Shown: positions 9,891 through 20,384, counted from the stretch's first letter. The stretch: DNA of 64,000 nucleotides from an uncultured Alphaproteobacteria bacterium (GCA_944389555.1 CALXMU010000001.1:2406-66405); one strand, 5' to 3'. The notes: a model not told the origin generated them from the sequence alone. Made by a program: numbers and translations.

Positions 9891-10421
9891 CTATTTATAT
9901 TCAGACCAATCTGGACCTTTTTCACACTTTTCTAAATCTATGGTCAACTCGCGCCCAGAACTTTCAACTGGACAAATAAGTATTCCTGTACTTTCTGCTT
10001 GATCCGCTTCACGCGTAGCATTACGCCAAGTAAACTTTATTTCTTCTGGGGCATACAAACATGCAATTCTTAGTTCTCCCTCATGCTTATTATTAGGACC
10101 AACCCAAACACGCACCCCTTCACCTAAACCATAACAAGGGAACCCATCTAAATAATACAAAACTAAACCGCGACCAACTAACTTAGAAGACGGTATAAAT
10201 TTTCCGCGATATTCAGAATATCTTAATCCAGTTAAACCTTCCCAGTCAGTACTGGTAGAAAAAATACTTATGCGAGGTTGACTTGGCGTCGGGTCACGAC
10301 CAGGTTTTTGCCCCTGTGAATAACCGGGATTTTGAGTTGGTGTCGTGGCACCACCGTCTTCCGCGAACGCCCCCCCAAAAGATACACAAATAGCCACAAG
10401 AATGAATAAAAATCGTTTCAT
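9891..10421 (-). CDS. Secreted hypothetical protein
   Basis: Signal peptide MKRFLFILVAICVSFGGAFA; tightly packed in the operon. Confidence 0.65.
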   Translation of the reverse strand: MKRFLFILVAICVSFGGAFAEDGGATTPTQNPGYSQGQKPGRDPTPSQPRISIFSTSTDWEGLTGLRYSEYRGKFIPSSKLVGRGLVLYYLDGFPCYGLGEGVRVWVGPNNKHEGELRIACLYAPEEIKFTWRNATREADQAESTGILICPVESSGRELTIDLEKCEKGPDWSEYK

Positions 10422-10422
10422 T

Positions 10423-10932
10423 TTATTTCCTCTGGTTTTCTATTTCAACGGCAATCTTTTCAACATTTTCAGTAGGTACAGACAATTTATGGTTAAATTT
10501 TACATCATTGCCAGCATCTAACAATGTCGCAGACGGTAAAAAACGTTGACGCGCAACAACATTACCTTTTGCATCATATGAAACGATTACCAAACCAGGG
10601 GCACCATAAATTTGCTCTGACCTATTCACAACACGCCCAGAAACCACGAAAAATTTTCGCCCATTTTCATCGGTATCTATTTGCACATCACTAATTTCTG
10701 CAATAACGGGTTTCTCACGAATTTCTTTGGCCTTATATTGATATAAAACAGCAACTGCAAAAACCAATGCCGCCAACAAAGCACATAATGCAGCTATAAA
10801 AACCAAGATAGAATTACGACGAGGCGGCCGCTGTACAGTCCATGTATGACCGCAAACCGCGCATTTCACAGGTCCATTAGGAGCCATATCTAACGAATAT
10901 TCTGTTTTACAAAAATCACATACTGTTTTCAT
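10423..10932 (-). CDS. Zinc-ribbon + TM + DUF3426-like protein (ZitP-like)
   Basis: CDFC-x-CAVCGHTW zinc ribbon, single TM, C-terminal VVSGRVVNRS..P.L....YD..G beta domain. Confidence 0.75.
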   Translation of the reverse strand: MKTVCDFCKTEYSLDMAPNGPVKCAVCGHTWTVQRPPRRNSILVFIAALCALLAALVFAVAVLYQYKAKEIREKPVIAEISDVQIDTDENGRKFFVVSGRVVNRSEQIYGAPGLVIVSYDAKGNVVARQRFLPSATLLDAGNDVKFNHKLSVPTENVEKIAVEIENQRK

Positions 10933-10952
10933 ATTACGATTTATACCACATT

Positions 10953-12275
10953 TTATTCCAAATTCAACTGACTATATTTTGCTCTTACGGTTCTTTGTAT
11001 TTCATTTATAGCATTCATATAATCTGATGCTGTCGCATTCTTATTTGATACGACAGTTTTAAATATACGTTCTGTTTCTGTATTTGTGGTTTTTTCTTCG
11101 TACACTGCCATCTGAGACATACGATTTAATTCTTGTAACGAAACGTCCATAAAACTAGCAACACCAGTTGCAGCATCCCAATAAAAGTTTGAATTAATTG
11201 AATCTTCTATTCTATCGTAAACGACTAAACGAGGCGTAATAGACCCGGCAAAACCAACCGTAACAAACATCGCGTCAATATTACCAGCATTCATATCTAA
11301 AGATTTATTTATATTTAATACAGCGGGGCCATCATCAGAATTAATGGATAAACTTGGTAACGTCATATTCGTCACCCATAAATCACCGGTTGTGAAACTA
11401 GTAAATTTCCCCACATCTGCTAATGATAAATTTTTGGTAACTTCCATTGTTCTTGAATCCGAAGACAAAGTTCCAGCAACAGTTGCATTTTGAACTTCAA
11501 AAACCTTATCCAAGGTAGTTCTGTTTTGAAAAACTACGTCTGTAGAAACAGTTTCCCCCAAGATTAAAGTCTCTGCAAATTCAGTATTAGCAGCGTTAAA
11601 AAATGTCGCATTTATTATATCATGCCCCCCCAGATTTAAACCCGACAGCATCGTCGCATCAGATTCACTATCCGTTGGAACTCTATATAAGTACAAAGCA
11701 TTATCACGATTAACCGAAGTTGTTTCAACTAATCCATCAGTTACATTTAACCCCAAATCTATCGCATCAGTACGCCACGCACCGAAAGTACCATATGCAC
11801 GATTACCTTCGATAAACCCCATAGAATCACCGCCCATTGCGACTATTTCACGCGTTCTCATAGGTGTTATTTCTTCCGATGAATATACTATTATCCCCTG
11901 AAGAGTGGCACGATCTTCTATATCGCTAGACTTCAAAACTCGTAATTGATATTGACCAGAAGCATCTGCCACCAAATCCGGATTTAAACCATATTCTTCC
12001 AAATCGGATAAATTTATACGAGTTATATTACGTCCAACAGTTGTAAGTAATTCTTCGCGATGATCAACTATATATCTTTCCAAGGAAGATTGTATGTCTT
12101 CCATTTGTTCGGTAATAGCCTTGTTTTCTGCCCGCTGAACAACGCTTTGCTGATATTTGAAAATGAAAGGCATTATTATTGCGGCCAATGCAACACTCAT
12201 CAATAATTCTACTAACATAGAACCTTGCTGACTGACATCTTCTGCGTTAAAAATTTTATTCAAACGCCTCTTCAT
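10953..12275 (-). CDS. PilV-like (shufflon N-domain) type IV minor pilin/adhesin, copy 3
   Basis: QQG|SMLVE prepilin site; MGFIEGNRAYGTFGAW and YLYRVP..M..LNLGGHDIINA motifs; ATGA overlap with the upstream gene. Confidence 0.75.
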   Translation of the reverse strand: MKRRLNKIFNAEDVSQQGSMLVELLMSVALAAIIMPFIFKYQQSVVQRAENKAITEQMEDIQSSLERYIVDHREELLTTVGRNITRINLSDLEEYGLNPDLVADASGQYQLRVLKSSDIEDRATLQGIIVYSSEEITPMRTREIVAMGGDSMGFIEGNRAYGTFGAWRTDAIDLGLNVTDGLVETTSVNRDNALYLYRVPTDSESDATMLSGLNLGGHDIINATFFNAANTEFAETLILGETVSTDVVFQNRTTLDKVFEVQNATVAGTLSSDSRTMEVTKNLSLADVGKFTSFTTGDLWVTNMTLPSLSINSDDGPAVLNINKSLDMNAGNIDAMFVTVGFAGSITPRLVVYDRIEDSINSNFYWDAATGVASFMDVSLQELNRMSQMAVYEEKTTNTETERIFKTVVSNKNATASDYMNAINEIQRTVRAKYSQLNLE

Positions 12276-13474
12276 TGCGCATCCTTTGGCATCACAAATT
12301 CCCAATCTTCAGACATAATAGCAGAAAACTCTTTATCTGAAGGCATCGCCGGAACAGAACTTCGTGATAAATATAATTCATAAAACATCGGCGGTGTTAA
12401 AGAAGGGAAAACCCAATTACCTATTTTTAACGGCGCAGTAGTTGACATCAATAATTCGCCCGATATTGTAAGACCGAAATTTTCATAGAACACAATTTCT
12501 TCTGTTGATATGAATGAAGTATACACGGTATGAGCAACTATACCAGAGAAACCGCTTACTGTACGAGAATCATCAGATTTCAGCGTTAAAACGTTACCTA
12601 TGTTTATAGAATTTAGAATAGTCGCTCTATCCGTAATAATCCGACCCGACGTGGTATACTTATTACCATTCAAACTATCTGCATATATATTTCTAAAACC
12701 AGAAATGTCACCGGTAACGCGCATAGAATTTAACCACGCATTTTCACCGTCTAAATTAGCACCAGATGAAAAATACAACGTATTTGCGACTAAATTATTA
12801 GTTTCTATGAACTGCCCAGAAACGTTTTTTATCTTTGCAGACTTTGCGCTTATTCCCCCGACATCATAGACTCGATTATTATTCATGTTCAAATCGCGTA
12901 ACATCACATTAAGTTTTTCTTCGCCCGTCTCCGTACGATGTAGGTAACGCGTCTTATCATCGCCGTTTAAAGCACCTGATATTCTATATATTAAATTCCC
13001 CTCTTTGAAATCTGGCGCAGATACAGCCCACGTCCGACCATACGCAATTCCGTCGCTACCGACAACCGCCGCATCAGAACCTATATGCCTAGCAATCTTA
13101 GACGTCTGTAAATCCGTACCATCTATATCAAACGCCAGATACACATCTGTTATTGTTGCGCCATTTACAACGTACTTATCTATGAAACCTGATTCTGGGA
13201 TTTCTGATATTTCATCTAGTTCTTCGTCTGATAGTTTTATCTGCGCAACATTTGGCCAGTCGTTCTGGTTCAAACGAACGAAATTCAAAACAGGATTACG
13301 CAATTCTATAATCTTGTTTGCCGCCGCTATATTACGCAAACTATCATTTGTATCGGAAATTTGGCTATATAATAAAGGCGTAGCCATGGCGACGATCGCC
13401 ATTGCTAGTAAAACTTCTAGCATACTGGCACCACGTTCACAATCCGTAAAAAATCTATCTTTACATGCAGTCAC
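12272..13474 (-). CDS. PilV-like type IV minor pilin/adhesin, copy 2
   Basis: ERG|ASMLE prepilin site; IARHIG..AYGRTW and YLHR...LNVMLRDLNMNNN motifs. Confidence 0.75.
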   Translation of the reverse strand: MTACKDRFFTDCERGASMLEVLLAMAIVAMATPLLYSQISDTNDSLRNIAAANKIIELRNPVLNFVRLNQNDWPNVAQIKLSDEELDEISEIPESGFIDKYVVNGATITDVYLAFDIDGTDLQTSKIARHIGSDAAVVGSDGIAYGRTWAVSAPDFKEGNLIYRISGALNGDDKTRYLHRTETGEEKLNVMLRDLNMNNNRVYDVGGISAKSAKIKNVSGQFIETNNLVANTLYFSSGANLDGENAWLNSMRVTGDISGFRNIYADSLNGNKYTTSGRIITDRATILNSINIGNVLTLKSDDSRTVSGFSGIVAHTVYTSFISTEEIVFYENFGLTISGELLMSTTAPLKIGNWVFPSLTPPMFYELYLSRSSVPAMPSDKEFSAIMSEDWEFVMPKDAQ

Positions 13475-14816
13475 TGCGCCCTTCCAATAAACACTGTTTT
13501 ATATTTATTCTTTGTTCTAACCGCCGCCAGAAATAGTACTGACAAACGATGTACTGTGATAAAGACTTTGCATTATAACGACCATCTAATTTAGATATAA
13601 CATCTCTACAACTTTGAATTTTTCCGTCATCCGAAGACGGATTACTGATTATAGCAAAACCATCATTACTAATTGTGCTTAATAAAACGTCGGGTAAAAT
13701 AGAAGTACCAGCAGGTCTAATATCTAAAACCACCGCACCTGTTTCACCCTGATTCAAAGCATCTGAAGTCTGATCCCGCATGGTTATATTTGATGTAATA
13801 ACTCTATTCGCCTCAATACCGCTACGAGAACTGTACTCTAAATCATCCGGGTCAATGTAAACGTCTTGCCCACGCGAAGCATCTATATAAGAATCTATAT
13901 CTAAACGTTCTACACTAAAGTTTATATTTTGGCTTATGACATCACCGTTTACTTTCCAATCCAGCGGTCCGGAAAAACTATTTCTTCCGGCAGTCATTGC
14001 GAAGTCATATACGGCCGCCACATTTGACGTAAAATTACCGGTATCTCCGAACGCAGAAATTGTTCTAGCAGAAACATCACCTGCATATAAAGAACCCCGA
14101 GTCAAAGATAAGGCTGATTCACCAAGTGCGCTTTGAAACACTGCCCGTTCTGCCATCATAACGTCAATTGTGTTACGAACTTTTCTGCCGTCTTCAAGCC
14201 CATATATAGACAACATATTAAATTGACCGCTATCAAATTCGCCCCGTCGCGCAAATATTTCACCACCGTTATTAAAAGAAAAACCACCCATATCTAAATT
14301 AGTAAGAAAAGCATTATTATCTAAATTCTGTTCGTTTCTACGTACTACATCTGAATAAGCAGCGTCCAAAGCCAAACCAACCATAATAGTATCGCCGGAA
14401 ACAGACGCATAATACCCTATACGACGAGCCAATTCTGCCAGTTCCACTGGCGACAAATTCCCTCCTGTCAGTTGCAAATACGCACTAACTGCCATAGGCG
14501 TTTTATTTATAACTAACGAAATATCTTGCCCAAGCGCTGTCCGCGGGATAAAACCAAGCGGCAAACCATATGATTCTAATAAATCGGCAAACGTATCACC
14601 AGAAACTACAGTTGTATTATAAGGCAAATCATTTGCACGTTCACGAACGAAAATTCTTGCTGCAGTTTGAGCAACCTCAACTTTTTGCGTAGAAGCATAC
14701 ATCTGAGAATCAACGTCACGAGCAGACAACCGCTGTGCAAAGAACGGTATGAACGAAAATATCAGCGTCAAGGCAAGTAACGCCTGTAATAAAAAATTTC
14801 CGTTTTGTTGGCGCAA
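13461..14816 (-). CDS. PilV-like type IV minor pilin/adhesin, copy 1 (Q instead of E at +5)
   Basis: AGGAGG RBS then TTG at 14816, reading MRQQNG|NFLLQALLAL. Contains L.SYGLP.GF, LARRIG and FLTNLDMGG motifs. Confidence 0.7.
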   Translation of the reverse strand: MRQQNGNFLLQALLALTLIFSFIPFFAQRLSARDVDSQMYASTQKVEVAQTAARIFVRERANDLPYNTTVVSGDTFADLLESYGLPLGFIPRTALGQDISLVINKTPMAVSAYLQLTGGNLSPVELAELARRIGYYASVSGDTIMVGLALDAAYSDVVRRNEQNLDNNAFLTNLDMGGFSFNNGGEIFARRGEFDSGQFNMLSIYGLEDGRKVRNTIDVMMAERAVFQSALGESALSLTRGSLYAGDVSARTISAFGDTGNFTSNVAAVYDFAMTAGRNSFSGPLDWKVNGDVISQNINFSVERLDIDSYIDASRGQDVYIDPDDLEYSSRSGIEANRVITSNITMRDQTSDALNQGETGAVVLDIRPAGTSILPDVLLSTISNDGFAIISNPSSDDGKIQSCRDVISKLDGRYNAKSLSQYIVCQYYFWRRLEQRINIKQCLLEGRSDCM

Positions 14817-14960
14817 ATTAAACTTCCCTCCTACACGGGGAATATTAGCAAGTGAAAAAAAATATTGCAATCGCTTTTAAGATTCATTATTATTTAACAT
14901 GTTGAATAAGCGATAGTGATAAAACACTATTAAACATTTCCTGAAACAAAAAAAACGAAT

Positions 14961-15269
14961 ATGCAAAACAAAAAAAATCAATCGTCTGTCGGGCTGATGA
15001 TTCAGCGCTGTCACAAATGGCGTCAAAAAAGAAAGCAATATATGGACCAAGCACGTCAAACAACCGATGAAATTGAACGTGAACGTTTAATGCAAGCGGC
15101 TGAGCACTATGGTCGCATAGTTAATGCTGAACAAGGTAAAATAGACTCTTCTCGTGATCCAAAGGATAAAACGCCTGTAATTGAAGAAAACACTGACGTT
15201 GTTGACGCAATGGACTCTTCTGACGACGAAGATACTACTTTCCCAGATTTCATCACGAATGAAAAATAA
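14961..15269 (+). CDS. DUF4167-like protein
   Basis: QYMDQAR...ERLMQAAEHYGRIV resembles the alphaproteobacterial DUF4167 core. Confidence 0.65.
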   Translation: MQNKKNQSSVGLMIQRCHKWRQKRKQYMDQARQTTDEIERERLMQAAEHYGRIVNAEQGKIDSSRDPKDKTPVIEENTDVVDAMDSSDDEDTTFPDFITNEK

Positions 15270-15350
15270 AAAACTAGGTCGTAAAATCATACTTTACTGC
15301 TTGAAATTTTACTGTGTTTTGCTATGCTTGCCCCAAAGGAAGTTTAAGCA

Positions 15351-16886
15351 ATGGATAGCAGTTACACAGTTTTAGCACGAAAATATCGCAGTCAAGATTT
15401 CAAATCCCTTATCGGTCAAGATGTATTAGTCAAAACATTGACAACGGCAATCAATACGGGTCGTATTGCACATGCTTACATTTTTACCGGTATTCGTGGT
15501 ACGGGTAAAACAAGTACTGCTCGTATTTTAGCGAAGGCGCTTAATTGTTTATCGTCCGATGGACCAACTGCATCGCCATGCGGTGTATGTGAAAATTGTC
15601 GTGCCATTGCGGCGGGGCAACATATTGACGTCTTAGAAATTGACGCCGCATCACATACAGGCGTTGATAATATGCGCGACATATTAGATGCTGCCCAATA
15701 TCGTCCGACAAACGGTCGTTATAAAGTTTATATAATTGACGAAGTCCATATGCTTTCTACCAGCGCATTTAATGCGTTACTAAAAACGTTAGAAGAACCA
15801 CCAGCACACGTAATTTTTATATTGGCGACAACAGAAATTCGTAAAGTTCCAGTAACCATCTTATCTCGTTGCCAACGTTTCGATTTAGTTCGCGTACCAG
15901 TTGAAACATTAAAGCAACATTTTGCTTGGATTGCAGGGCAAGAAAAAATAGAACTAAGCGACGCAGCAAACGAACTTCTTGCACGTGCAGCGGACGGTTC
16001 TGTACGTGATGGACTATCTTTATTAGACCAGGCAATTGCGCAAACAGGTGGTCATGTTGACGAACAGGCTGTTTTAGACATGCTGAAACGTGCCGACCGT
16101 GGCGTTGTCGTAAACTTTATGGAAACTTTATTATCAGGCGACACATCCGCAGCGTTAAGTAAAGCAGATGAAATTTATACTAACGGTGCGGATTTAGCAA
16201 TGTTGCTAAACGATATGATGGAATGGACACATTGGGCAACGCGTATGCACCCAGCAATTCACGCAGGGGAAGTTACTAATTCCCCGTATACGGCAGACCA
16301 GCGCGAACAAATTAAAAAGATTGATGCAAACGTATCACTAAATACTTTATCAAGAATATGGCAAGTTATGGTTGCTGCGGTACCAGAAATGCAAGCGTCC
16401 GGGAATCAAAAGCAATGTTTTGATATGCTAATTGTACGTTTAATGCACATTGCCGATATGCCATCTGTAACAGACATATTAAAAAATCAGCGTTCTGCGC
16501 AACCGCAAACAAAAAATCCAGAACCCAAAGAGCAAACGGTTCAAAAATCTAAATTGTCTGTTGAAACAGCAAATGATTTAGCAACGGCGCTACAAAGTTC
16601 AAAGGAAATATTATTATATTCTTATTACACAAGTAACATAGAAGTAATAGAAATATCAAATAATACTATAAAATATTTTGATAGACGTGGTGATGCAGAC
16701 TTTGCGCATAAAATGGCGACTTGGTTAAACGAAAAAACAGGTCATATTTGGACTTTGGAGCGCATTCAAGAATCTCAGAACACACATACCATCACTGAAC
16801 AAAAGAAAGAAGAATTAGAATCAGATCCAATGGTTGCTAGTGCTATGGATTTATTCGCCGACGCAGAAATTGTGGGTGTAAAATAA
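15351..16886 (+). CDS. dnaX: DNA polymerase III subunit gamma/tau
   Basis: LARKYR, GIRGTGKTS, IIDEVHMLS, LKTLEEPP, SRCQRF. Confidence 0.97.
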   Translation: MDSSYTVLARKYRSQDFKSLIGQDVLVKTLTTAINTGRIAHAYIFTGIRGTGKTSTARILAKALNCLSSDGPTASPCGVCENCRAIAAGQHIDVLEIDAASHTGVDNMRDILDAAQYRPTNGRYKVYIIDEVHMLSTSAFNALLKTLEEPPAHVIFILATTEIRKVPVTILSRCQRFDLVRVPVETLKQHFAWIAGQEKIELSDAANELLARAADGSVRDGLSLLDQAIAQTGGHVDEQAVLDMLKRADRGVVVNFMETLLSGDTSAALSKADEIYTNGADLAMLLNDMMEWTHWATRMHPAIHAGEVTNSPYTADQREQIKKIDANVSLNTLSRIWQVMVAAVPEMQASGNQKQCFDMLIVRLMHIADMPSVTDILKNQRSAQPQTKNPEPKEQTVQKSKLSVETANDLATALQSSKEILLYSYYTSNIEVIEISNNTIKYFDRRGDADFAHKMATWLNEKTGHIWTLERIQESQNTHTITEQKKEELESDPMVASAMDLFADAEIVGVK

Positions 16887-16899
16887 TACGGAGAGAAAA

Positions 16900-17358
16900 A
16901 TGATTCAAGAACGTGGTGCATCAATGATTGAAATTATCGGAGTACTTGCCATTGCCGGTCTTATGAGTGCCGCCGCAATAGGAATGTATAACGTAATAAG
17001 AAATAATCAAACGCGCAAAATAGCATCCGTTGAAATAGAACAAATTGCAAAAAAAACTAACTTATTGATGGGCATGCGCGGTGATTACACTGGTCTATCG
17101 GTGGATTACTTAGTATCGGCGGGCGCATTAAATAATACAAATGCACCGATTGGCGGAAACGATTGGTCTGTTACAGCGACAAACGGTGGAAAGGGTTATT
17201 CAATAAACCTAACGCAGTTAACTGAAGGCGAATGCCAATATTTTACATCGGCTCTTCCTAAATGGGCGACGCGTGTAACAGTAAATGGGATAGAAGTAAC
17301 TTCTTCATCTAACTGCTTTTCTACAGATACAAATCAAATTTCTTTCATAGTAGAATAA
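16900..17358 (+). CDS. Type IV prepilin, PilS-like major pilin candidate
   Basis: MIQERG|ASMIEIIGVLAIAG; DYTGL, NAPIGG and a C-terminal Cys pair; 152 aa. Confidence 0.8.
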   Translation: MIQERGASMIEIIGVLAIAGLMSAAAIGMYNVIRNNQTRKIASVEIEQIAKKTNLLMGMRGDYTGLSVDYLVSAGALNNTNAPIGGNDWSVTATNGGKGYSINLTQLTEGECQYFTSALPKWATRVTVNGIEVTSSSNCFSTDTNQISFIVE

Positions 17359-17366
17359 TGGTATAA

Positions 17367-18041
17367 ATGAACCTAAAGAAATATATTATTTTATCGTTAC
17401 TACTTTTAACAACGGCGTGCGTTCAATATCACAGCCCAGAACGGTCAACGTGGTCACAATACTTGCGTGGGGCAAGTTTTACAGACATGACAGAAACCGC
17501 AAGAATTGCCAAACGACCGGTATTTTTAGGTGCGGGTGGGACTCTTATAAGTTCTATAGATACATCAAACAAAATGGACTATGGCGACAAAGTTCAAAAC
17601 GATACCGCCGTCAGCGTAAATTATATGACTAACTTAGAATACGAACTATACGATTCTTTGCGCAAACCTGGTATTTCCGTCCAACGCGCAGGTACAGATG
17701 TAGTCATAATCTTAGTACGAGACGCAATAATGGAATTAAATATTGCGGACATATCAGCAGACGGTGCTGATACTTTGAATATAATATCCAAGATATTAAA
17801 AAAATATGATGCCACATTCATGGAAATCGCCGGTTATACAGATGCAATGGCAGACAAACAAGCACAAGCATTGTCTTTAGACATGGCTCAACGAGTCGGG
17901 GTATTCTTTTCCCAACATGGGATAAGTACGGCACGTATGTTTATAGTTGGGCGCGGTGCGGCAAGACCTATTGCAGCCCAAGATGACATCGGGCGACTAA
18001 CCAACAGACGTATAGAAATACGCTTAGTCCCCGCCAGATAA
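17367..18041 (+). CDS. OmpA-family peptidoglycan-binding lipoprotein
   Basis: Lipobox TTAC; GYTD...LS..MAQRV, G.GAARPIA, NRRIEI. Confidence 0.85.
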   Translation: MNLKKYIILSLLLLTTACVQYHSPERSTWSQYLRGASFTDMTETARIAKRPVFLGAGGTLISSIDTSNKMDYGDKVQNDTAVSVNYMTNLEYELYDSLRKPGISVQRAGTDVVIILVRDAIMELNIADISADGADTLNIISKILKKYDATFMEIAGYTDAMADKQAQALSLDMAQRVGVFFSQHGISTARMFIVGRGAARPIAAQDDIGRLTNRRIEIRLVPAR

Positions 18042-18068
18042 AGTGTAAAAAATAGTCTAACTTTCACT

Positions 18069-18097
18069 TTGAATTTTATATTTTTTGTTGTTATACT
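18069..18097 (+). promoter_or_regulatory. Sigma70-type promoter for skp
   Basis: TTGAAT-17 nt-TATACT with an extended TG. Confidence 0.55.
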
Positions 18098-18127
18098 GCC
18101 AACATAACATAAAAAAGGATGGAAATC

Positions 18128-18790
18128 ATGGCAAACAAAAAACCAGTCGACCCGGCTGTAAAGAAGTATGTAAAATTCGGTGTAATTGCTGCTGCTGTAA
18201 TCGTAGTTGCGGCTCTTGGGGCTTGGGGAATTAGCGCTTTGCGCGGTAACGGCGCGACCGTCGAAGAAGCAATGGAAGTTGTGTCTACTGACGCGGCAAA
18301 CGCTGCTGATTTACGTATTGCGGTAATTCGCATGGACGCAATTCAAACAGATGCTGCTGTGCTAAAAGATTTGGCAAAGCAACGCGAAACATATGAAAAT
18401 AAACTACGTGACGAATTAGAAAAGAAACAAAAAGAACTAGAAGCGGAAAAAGCCGAAATAGAAAAATCTCAAGATGTTTTATCTCGTGACGCTTTGCAGC
18501 GCCGCATCGCAGATTATCAAAACCGCGTGACGGAATTGCAACGTAGTTTGACAGAACGCGCTCAAAGCATTGAAATTTCATTTCAAAAGGCTTTGAACGA
18601 AGTTCAGAACGAACACTTGAACCCAATCATTGAGGGTGTAATTGCGAAGAAAAACCTATCTATGGTATTGGACGGTCGTTTCACCCGTGTCGGTGCGAAC
18701 GCATTGAACTTAGATATTACAGACGAAGTAATTTCTGCTTTGGATAAAAAAGTATCAAAAGTTAAAATGGATACTCCGCAAGGTTTCTAA
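18128..18790 (+). CDS. skp: OmpH/Skp outer-membrane chaperone
   Basis: RIAVIRMDAI, long coiled coil, LDITDEVISALD; lies upstream of lpxD. Confidence 0.85.
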   Translation: MANKKPVDPAVKKYVKFGVIAAAVIVVAALGAWGISALRGNGATVEEAMEVVSTDAANAADLRIAVIRMDAIQTDAAVLKDLAKQRETYENKLRDELEKKQKELEAEKAEIEKSQDVLSRDALQRRIADYQNRVTELQRSLTERAQSIEISFQKALNEVQNEHLNPIIEGVIAKKNLSMVLDGRFTRVGANALNLDITDEVISALDKKVSKVKMDTPQGF

Positions 18791-18795
18791 AAAAC

Positions 18796-18826
18796 AAAAA
18801 TACCGCCTTTTCGGCGGTATTTTTTT
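18796..18826 (+). terminator. Intrinsic terminator
   Basis: AAAAATACCGCC-TTTTC-GGCGGTATTTTT. Confidence 0.85.
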
Positions 18827-18873
18827 AACTAATATTTACTTTCCTTTTGAATAAAAACGGGTATAATCGCGAT

Positions 18874-19917
18874 ATGTTAAACAAAATAAAAGGTTGGTTT
18901 ATGCCGGCGGCCACCCAAACAACAGCCGGTCAGTTGGCCGAAAAATTCGGTCTTGAATTAAAAGGTAACCCAGACACAGTAGTGCGTGGGGTTGCCCCTA
19001 TTGCTGACGCTCGTCCTGGTCAATTGGCTTTTTATTCAACAGAACAAAATAGTTCTGCGTTTAAAATATTGCCCATTGAAGTTTTGAAAAATACCCGCGC
19101 TAGCGTTATTTTAGTTCAACCAGAACAAGTAGAAAATGCACCAGCGGGGGCAACGTTACTAATTACGGAAACGCCACGTGGAAATATCGTAAAGATATTG
19201 GGTGAAATATATCGCGAACCACCACGCTTTGGAATCAATAAAAAATCTACTATTGAACGCGGTGTATTCTTTCGGCGTCGCAGCACAGTTTATGTTGGGC
19301 AATATGCAACCATAGAACGTGGTGCCGTAATAGAAGAAGATGTAAAAATTTATCCCGGGGCATATATTGGGCGCAACGTAACAATCGGACGTGGAACAAT
19401 AATACAAACAGGGGCTCATATTGAGAATGCTACTATCGGTTCAGACTGCATAATACATTCTGGGGCAGTTATCGGCAAGGATGGTTTCGGTTATACCCGT
19501 CAAAATGGGCATAATGTTTTCATTCCGCACGTTGGTCGCGTTGTGATAGGCAACCGCGTATCAATTGGCGCCAATACCTGCATTGATCGTGGTGCCATGA
19601 CAGATACCCGCATTGGTGACGGTACAAAAATTGATAATTTATGCCAGATTGCGCATGGCGTGGTTATTGGGTCTGAATGTTTCTTGGCCTCTGGCGTAGG
19701 ATTGGCTGGCGGGACAGTCATCGGTGACAGGGCTTTATTAGCCGGTCAAGTCGGCATTGCAAATGGCGTGCACATAGGTAACGATGCCGAAGTCGGTGCA
19801 CATAGCGGCGTTTTCAGAAATGTTCCAGACGGTCAGCGTCACATGGGTTATCCGGCTGGACCTGGTACAGAATTTATGCGTCATTATGCTTGGTTACGCA
19901 AAAACGCAAAAAATTAA
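18874..19917 (+). CDS. lpxD: UDP-3-O-acylglucosamine N-acyltransferase
   Basis: Hexapeptide repeats, [29 protein letters not shown]. Confidence 0.95.
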   Translation: MLNKIKGWFMPAATQTTAGQLAEKFGLELKGNPDTVVRGVAPIADARPGQLAFYSTEQNSSAFKILPIEVLKNTRASVILVQPEQVENAPAGATLLITETPRGNIVKILGEIYREPPRFGINKKSTIERGVFFRRRSTVYVGQYATIERGAVIEEDVKIYPGAYIGRNVTIGRGTIIQTGAHIENATIGSDCIIHSGAVIGKDGFGYTRQNGHNVFIPHVGRVVIGNRVSIGANTCIDRGAMTDTRIGDGTKIDNLCQIAHGVVIGSECFLASGVGLAGGTVIGDRALLAGQVGIANGVHIGNDAEVGAHSGVFRNVPDGQRHMGYPAGPGTEFMRHYAWLRKNAKN

Positions 19918-19934
19918 ACGTAGGAGAAAAATAA

Positions 19935-20375
19935 ATGGTAGATGCAAAAGGTATAGAAAAAGTTATTCCACATCGTGGTCATATGCGATTAGTAGATGAA
20001 ATACGCGAATACAACGAGACAAGTGGCGTTGGCATAAAGTACGTACGAGATGACGAATTCTGGTGTGCAGGCCATTTCCCTGGTAATCCTATTATGCCGG
20101 GTGTATTGATTATCGAAGCACTGGCTCAGACGGCTTGCTTTATTGCGATGTCTCAATTAGGTATAACCAACGGAAAAAATTTGGGTTATTTTACAACTAT
20201 GGAAAAAATTAAATTTTCCCATATGGTAAAACCTGGTGACGTGTTGGAATTACACGTTGAATTGGTCATGTCCAAAATGCGTTTGTACAAATTCCACGGT
20301 ATCGCTATGGTTAGCGGGAAAAAAGTATCAGAAGCAACATTTACAGCCATCATTGATGCTGGTGCACAAGACTAA
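19935..20375 (+). CDS. fabZ: 3-hydroxyacyl-ACP dehydratase
   Basis: IPHR, GHFPGNPIMPGVLIIEALAQ. Confidence 0.95.
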   Translation: MVDAKGIEKVIPHRGHMRLVDEIREYNETSGVGIKYVRDDEFWCAGHFPGNPIMPGVLIIEALAQTACFIAMSQLGITNGKNLGYFTTMEKIKFSHMVKPGDVLELHVELVMSKMRLYKFHGIAMVSGKKVSEATFTAIIDAGAQD

Positions 20376-20384
20376 AATTACACA

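Noticed and set aside
10953-14816. Shufflon (invertible pilV cassettes)
   Set aside because: No Rci-type recombinase, inverted partial cassettes or sfx-like repeats were seen. All three genes are full-length and co-oriented.
15270-15350. SRP RNA (ffs), often upstream of dnaX
   Set aside because: The spacer is short and AT-rich and lacks the CAGG-x-GGAA-x-AGCAG domain IV motif.
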